64,000 nucleotides of DNA, from positions 10,398 through 74,397 of IMG/VR virus record IMGVR_UViG_3300006802_000089; one strand, written 5' to 3'. How positions within the stretch are numbered: position 1 is the first letter of the stretch; every line of letters starts with the position of its first letter. This DNA is from a virus. The notes below the pieces were generated by a model. That model was not told where the DNA came from, ran no database searches, and saw only the letters and a program-made list of their open reading frames with translations. This document shows positions 61,383 to 64,000 of the stretch, in pieces. Both the position numbers and the translations under genes were made by a program.

Positions 61383-61610
61383 TTAATAGCTATATATTAT
61401 CTCGTCATATATCTCATAGCCATCCTCAATACCAATTTCCTCTAAATCATCATCATCTTCCAAATTGTATCTGTTATCGCCGTCTATCAAATATATACTT
61501 GTCATACCGTCATCTGTCTTCAAGTCAAAATTGTATTCAACACCGTCAATACTAACTACTCCATTTCCATTTCTTCTCCTGCCTTCTAATTTTAAAATTT
61601 CAATTTTCAT
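61383..61610 (-). CDS. Cassette ORF, TDDG paralog family
   Basis: GVVSIDGVEY.F.LKTDDGMT...YDEI. Confidence 0.7.
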   Translation of the reverse strand: MKIEILKLEGRRRNGNGVVSIDGVEYNFDLKTDDGMTSIYLIDGDNRYNLEDDDDLEEIGIEDGYEIYDEIIYSY

Positions 61611-61690
61611 TTTCTCTCTTTTTTAAATTTATTACTTATATTAATATAACCTTATTTTTGCGAAAAGATAACCCTTTTTGTTAACTTTTT

Positions 61691-61909
61691 TTAAACATTT
61701 ATTACTGAGTTTTCATTAAACTCTCTCACGTCAAAATCATAACTGTCATCCAAATCGGATATTTCCACTCCGCAATCAACATAATCTTCTATCAATATTT
61801 CGCGTACTACTTTTTCGGCAACTTCTGTATTTTCCGCCTTAACAAAATACAAATCGGTAGCGTGCATTCTGTCTACGTCATTAACCATTACTGCAAATAA
61901 TTTTTTCAT
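61691..61909 (-). CDS. Cassette ORF
   Basis: ORF track; repeat upstream. Confidence 0.65.
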   Translation of the reverse strand: MKKLFAVMVNDVDRMHATDLYFVKAENTEVAEKVVREILIEDYVDCGVEISDLDDSYDFDVREFNENSVINV

Positions 61910-61993
61910 TTTTCTATCTTTTTAAATTAATACTTAAATATAAGCAATTTTTTTCACTCTGCCAAATCTTTTAGCAACTTTTTTTAAACTTTT

Positions 61994-62299
61994 TTAATCT
62001 TCTTCACCTAATTCAAATCCATTCTCACACACAAAAGTCAATATCTCGTCATATATCTTCTCTCCATCCTCTTCACTAATGTCATACATATCCAAATCCT
62101 CGTCACACTCTAAACTAGCCGGAACCCAATGCCTGTTATCCCAAACTTCATTTTCTTCTTTTTTAATCCAAATGCCCGTCATGCCGTCATCTGTCTCCAA
62201 TTCAAATTTGTATTCAACTCCGTCAATACTAACTACGCCATTTACTTCTCTTTGTCTGCCGTCTACCCAGCCATCCAATTCTAAAATTTCAATTTTCAT
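61994..62299 (-). CDS. Cassette ORF, TDDG paralog family
   Basis: GVVSIDGVEYKFELETDDGMT...YDEIL. Confidence 0.7.
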   Translation of the reverse strand: MKIEILELDGWVDGRQREVNGVVSIDGVEYKFELETDDGMTGIWIKKEENEVWDNRHWVPASLECDEDLDMYDISEEDGEKIYDEILTFVCENGFELGEED

Positions 62300-62377
62300 T
62301 TTCTCTCTTTTTAAATTAATACTTAAATATAATGATTATTTTGTTCGGATCCTAATCTTTTTGTAACTTTTTTTAAA

Positions 62378-62677
62378 TTATTTTTCTAATTCAACACAAT
62401 CAAAATATATATCCTCCGCCAACATTATGCCAAAATCTTTTCCATTTTCACCATCACAAATTAAATCTAACAAAAACTCATCGTCTACTTGTCTATCCCA
62501 ATTATCACTACTCTCTATCCACTCCACTAAATTTTTGTCATCATAACAACGTGTATAAAAACGTCTTCTTATTTTTTTAACTAAGTCTAACTTATCTTCC
62601 GCAAACATTTTAACTCTGTCTAAAACCTCTTCGACTCCTCTAAATGCATAACCCATTTCTACTAAATACAATTTCAT
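62378..62677 (-). CDS. Cassette ORF
   Basis: ORF track; repeat upstream. Confidence 0.65.
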   Translation of the reverse strand: MKLYLVEMGYAFRGVEEVLDRVKMFAEDKLDLVKKIRRRFYTRCYDDKNLVEWIESSDNWDRQVDDEFLLDLICDGENGKDFGIMLAEDIYFDCVELEK

Positions 62678-62743
62678 TTTCTCTCTTTTTAAATTAATAA
62701 TACTTAAATATAAGCATTTTATTTCAATTAAACAACCTTTTTG

Positions 62744-62893
62744 TTAACTTTTTTTACTAGTTAATTTAATAAACGTGGATCCATCATATCCGGATCCGGC
62801 CCATTTCATTCTGTCCTCAAATGATAACATGTTTGCTAAAGACTCCAATTGCTCGATTGACATTTTGTCGATTTGTTTTGCCGTGTAATTCAT
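62744..62893 (-). CDS. Cassette ORF (49 aa)
   Basis: MNYTAKQIDKMSIEQL... Confidence 0.55.
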   Translation of the reverse strand: MNYTAKQIDKMSIEQLESLANMLSFEDRMKWAGSGYDGSTFIKLTSKKS

Positions 62894-62973
62894 TTTTCTC
62901 TCTTTTTAAATTTATTACTTATATTAATATAACCTCATTTTTACAAAAAGATAACCCTTTTCTGTAACTTTTT

Positions 62974-63129
62974 TTAAAATTGTATCAAATCAATTGCCCG
63001 CTCGCCTGTACCTTTGCCATTGCGGGTAATCTCATAATTCGGATCCATCCCGGAGGAAACAACGTCGTCTAGCAACTCTGTTAACGTGTTAAACTTTTTC
63101 TGATAATACTTGCAATCTAAACTATACAT
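62974..63129 (-). CDS. Cassette ORF (51 aa)
   Basis: MYSLDCKYYQKKF...SGMDPNYEIT. Confidence 0.6.
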   Translation of the reverse strand: MYSLDCKYYQKKFNTLTELLDDVVSSGMDPNYEITRNGKGTGERAIDLIQF

Positions 63130-63214
63130 ATCTCTATTTTTAAATTAATACTTAAATATAAGCAAAAAATCAATGCGTGTCAACCTTTTTCCGAAAAAAG
63201 TTTCAAAAAAGTTT

Positions 63215-63314
63215 ACAGTAAGAAAGGAGCCAGGGGAGATAGAGAGAAACCTGACTCCTTGCGATCCGACATATTGACGGTTGCGTTTTCCGCTTGTGTA
63301 CTAATATGTGGATC
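63215..63314 (-). ncRNA. Candidate two-hairpin small RNA / structured 3'UTR with a loop antisense to the cassette leaders
   Basis: Stem 1 GAUCCACAUAUU/AAUAUGUCGGAUC; stem 2 AAGGAGUCAGG/CCUGGCUCCUU with loop UUUCUCUCUAUCUCC, followed by a U-rich tail. Confidence 0.55.
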
Positions 63315-63550
63315 TAATCTTCTTCTTCAACAGTTATATATTCAACATCCGTATCGATATCCTCTAATATGTTAATTGCATCCGTCAAATAATCTATCAT
63401 GTTACTAACGATCCCGTCCAGATCACTAGCCCTTTTGCAATGCTTTATTTCATAGATGTCATGACCTATCTCTTCAATCATTCTGACTGCATCCATCAAC
63501 TCAGGAACGCAGTCCCATCCATCTTCCGTTGTTTTAATTTGTTCCGACAT
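63314..63550 (-). CDS. Hypothetical acidic protein
   Basis: ORF track. Confidence 0.65.
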   Translation of the reverse strand: MSEQIKTTEDGWDCVPELMDAVRMIEEIGHDIYEIKHCKRASDLDGIVSNMIDYLTDAINILEDIDTDVEYITVEEED

Positions 63551-63553
63551 ACT

Positions 63554-63703
63554 CTATTTTTTAAATTCTTTACGTATTAACTCTTGTGCTTTTTTATATT
63601 CTTCTTCAGTAACATCGCCAAAAATTCTCATTGCTTCTAATACCGATCGAGCTGCTTCTGCTTCTGGTGCCTCTTCGATCATTTGTTTAATCTTCTTTCT
63701 CAT
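63554..63703 (-). CDS. Small hypothetical protein (49 aa)
   Basis: MRKKIKQMIEEAPEAEAARS...; degenerate promoter repeat upstream. Confidence 0.55.
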   Translation of the reverse strand: MRKKIKQMIEEAPEAEAARSVLEAMRIFGDVTEEEYKKAQELIRKEFKK

Positions 63704-63739
63704 TCTTTCTATTTATACTTTAAATATAAGAATAATATT

Positions 63740-63876
63740 TCTAAAAAACAAATCTAAATCTAAAAATATTTTTCTAAATATTGCTCTAAAAATAGCCTGG
63801 TATCGATCTAAAAATAGGCTCGACACTGATCTAAAAATAGTCTTCTAAAAATAGTCTGATATTGGTCTAAAAATAA
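63740..63876. repeat. Iteron-like direct repeats TCTAAAAATA(G)
   Basis: Copies at 63759, 63785, 63807, 63830, 63844 and 63866, plus degenerate ones. Confidence 0.8.
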
Positions 63877-63903
63877 CTACCAGCTCCTCCATCCTCTTTA
63901 CGT

Positions 63904-63936
63904 GCTAAAGCCGGATCCGTTAAGATCCGACTTTGC
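63904..63936 (-). terminator. Hairpin after an upstream ORF that enters from beyond the window
   Basis: Minus strand GCAAAGTCGGATC-TTAACG-GATCCGGCTTTAGC. Confidence 0.5.
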
Positions 63937-64000
63937 TATTTGAGAGATATGTTTACGAAACGATAATTTGCTCTGCTACCATTGCCTCCGGGTCTTCAAA

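Larger units (their letters stand above)
56617..63210 (-). repeat. About 18 dispersed 65-85 bp intergenic promoter/leader repeats, each heading one to three small ORFs
   Basis: Coding-strand consensus: A-tracts/AAAAAGTT ... -35 (TTGACA/TTGGCA/TAGGAT)-N17-TATATT TAAGTATAATT(T)AAAAAGA(T/G)AGA(G/A)A..ATG; copies start near 56617, 57030, 57360, 57731, 58109, 58501, 58699, 59036, 59627, 59990, 60996, 61298, 61611, 61910, 62300, 62678, 62894 and 63130. Confidence 0.9.

Noticed and set aside
661-62366. Numerous short opposite-strand ORFs in the track (Ser-rich or hydrophobic)
   Set aside because: They are antisense shadows of real genes and have no promoter or leader motifs
56617-63210. CRISPR array or integron interpretation of the repeats
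   Set aside because: The repeats are degenerate promoters, the intervening DNA is whole ORFs of variable length, and no cas gene, integrase or attC-like structure was seen
63261-63314. Hammerhead or other known ribozyme
   Set aside because: No CUGANGA core on either strand; an Rfam search would be needed
1-64000. Stop-codon reassignment, tRNA genes, introns or inteins
   Set aside because: Core genes are full-length under the standard code, with no intein-sized insertions and no cloverleaf recognised by eye; tRNAscan-SE was not run

Overview
This window is part of a large (jumbo-type) T4-like myovirus genome. A Bacteroidota host is likely, based on a Bacteroidia-type bS21, DUF4494-like and Hc1-like genes, and A-rich leaders without Shine-Dalgarno sequences. 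Almost all genes are on the minus strand. 1-9.6 kb is the head module (MCP N-terminus, scaffold, bS21, prohead protease, portal, terminase). 10.5-20 kb holds a nucleotidyltransferase-ligase fusion, an SbcD-SbcC fusion, primase and endonuclease I. 23-38 kb is baseplate/tail, and 38-42 kb carries a gp55-like sigma factor, an HD hydrolase and UvsE. 43-56 kb contains many proteins that share a 10-aa N-terminal M-I-x-L-x-x-I/L-L/I-x-E leader resembling a capsid-targeting signal, including kinases, an ART-like protein and annexin-like proteins; four of them also share a C-terminal GIDTP-x-x-x-x-M tag. After a G-tract/hairpin boundary at about 56.3-56.45 kb lies an array of about 18 promoter+small-ORF cassettes with a shared AG-rich leader. 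Immediately upstream of the array is a structured RNA whose hairpin loop is antisense to that leader, a candidate master riboregulator. The array also shows strand-specific TCW depletion and GGATCC enrichment. Three single-base homopolymer frameshifts suggest some sequencing error. All counts were made by eye and no database searches were run.
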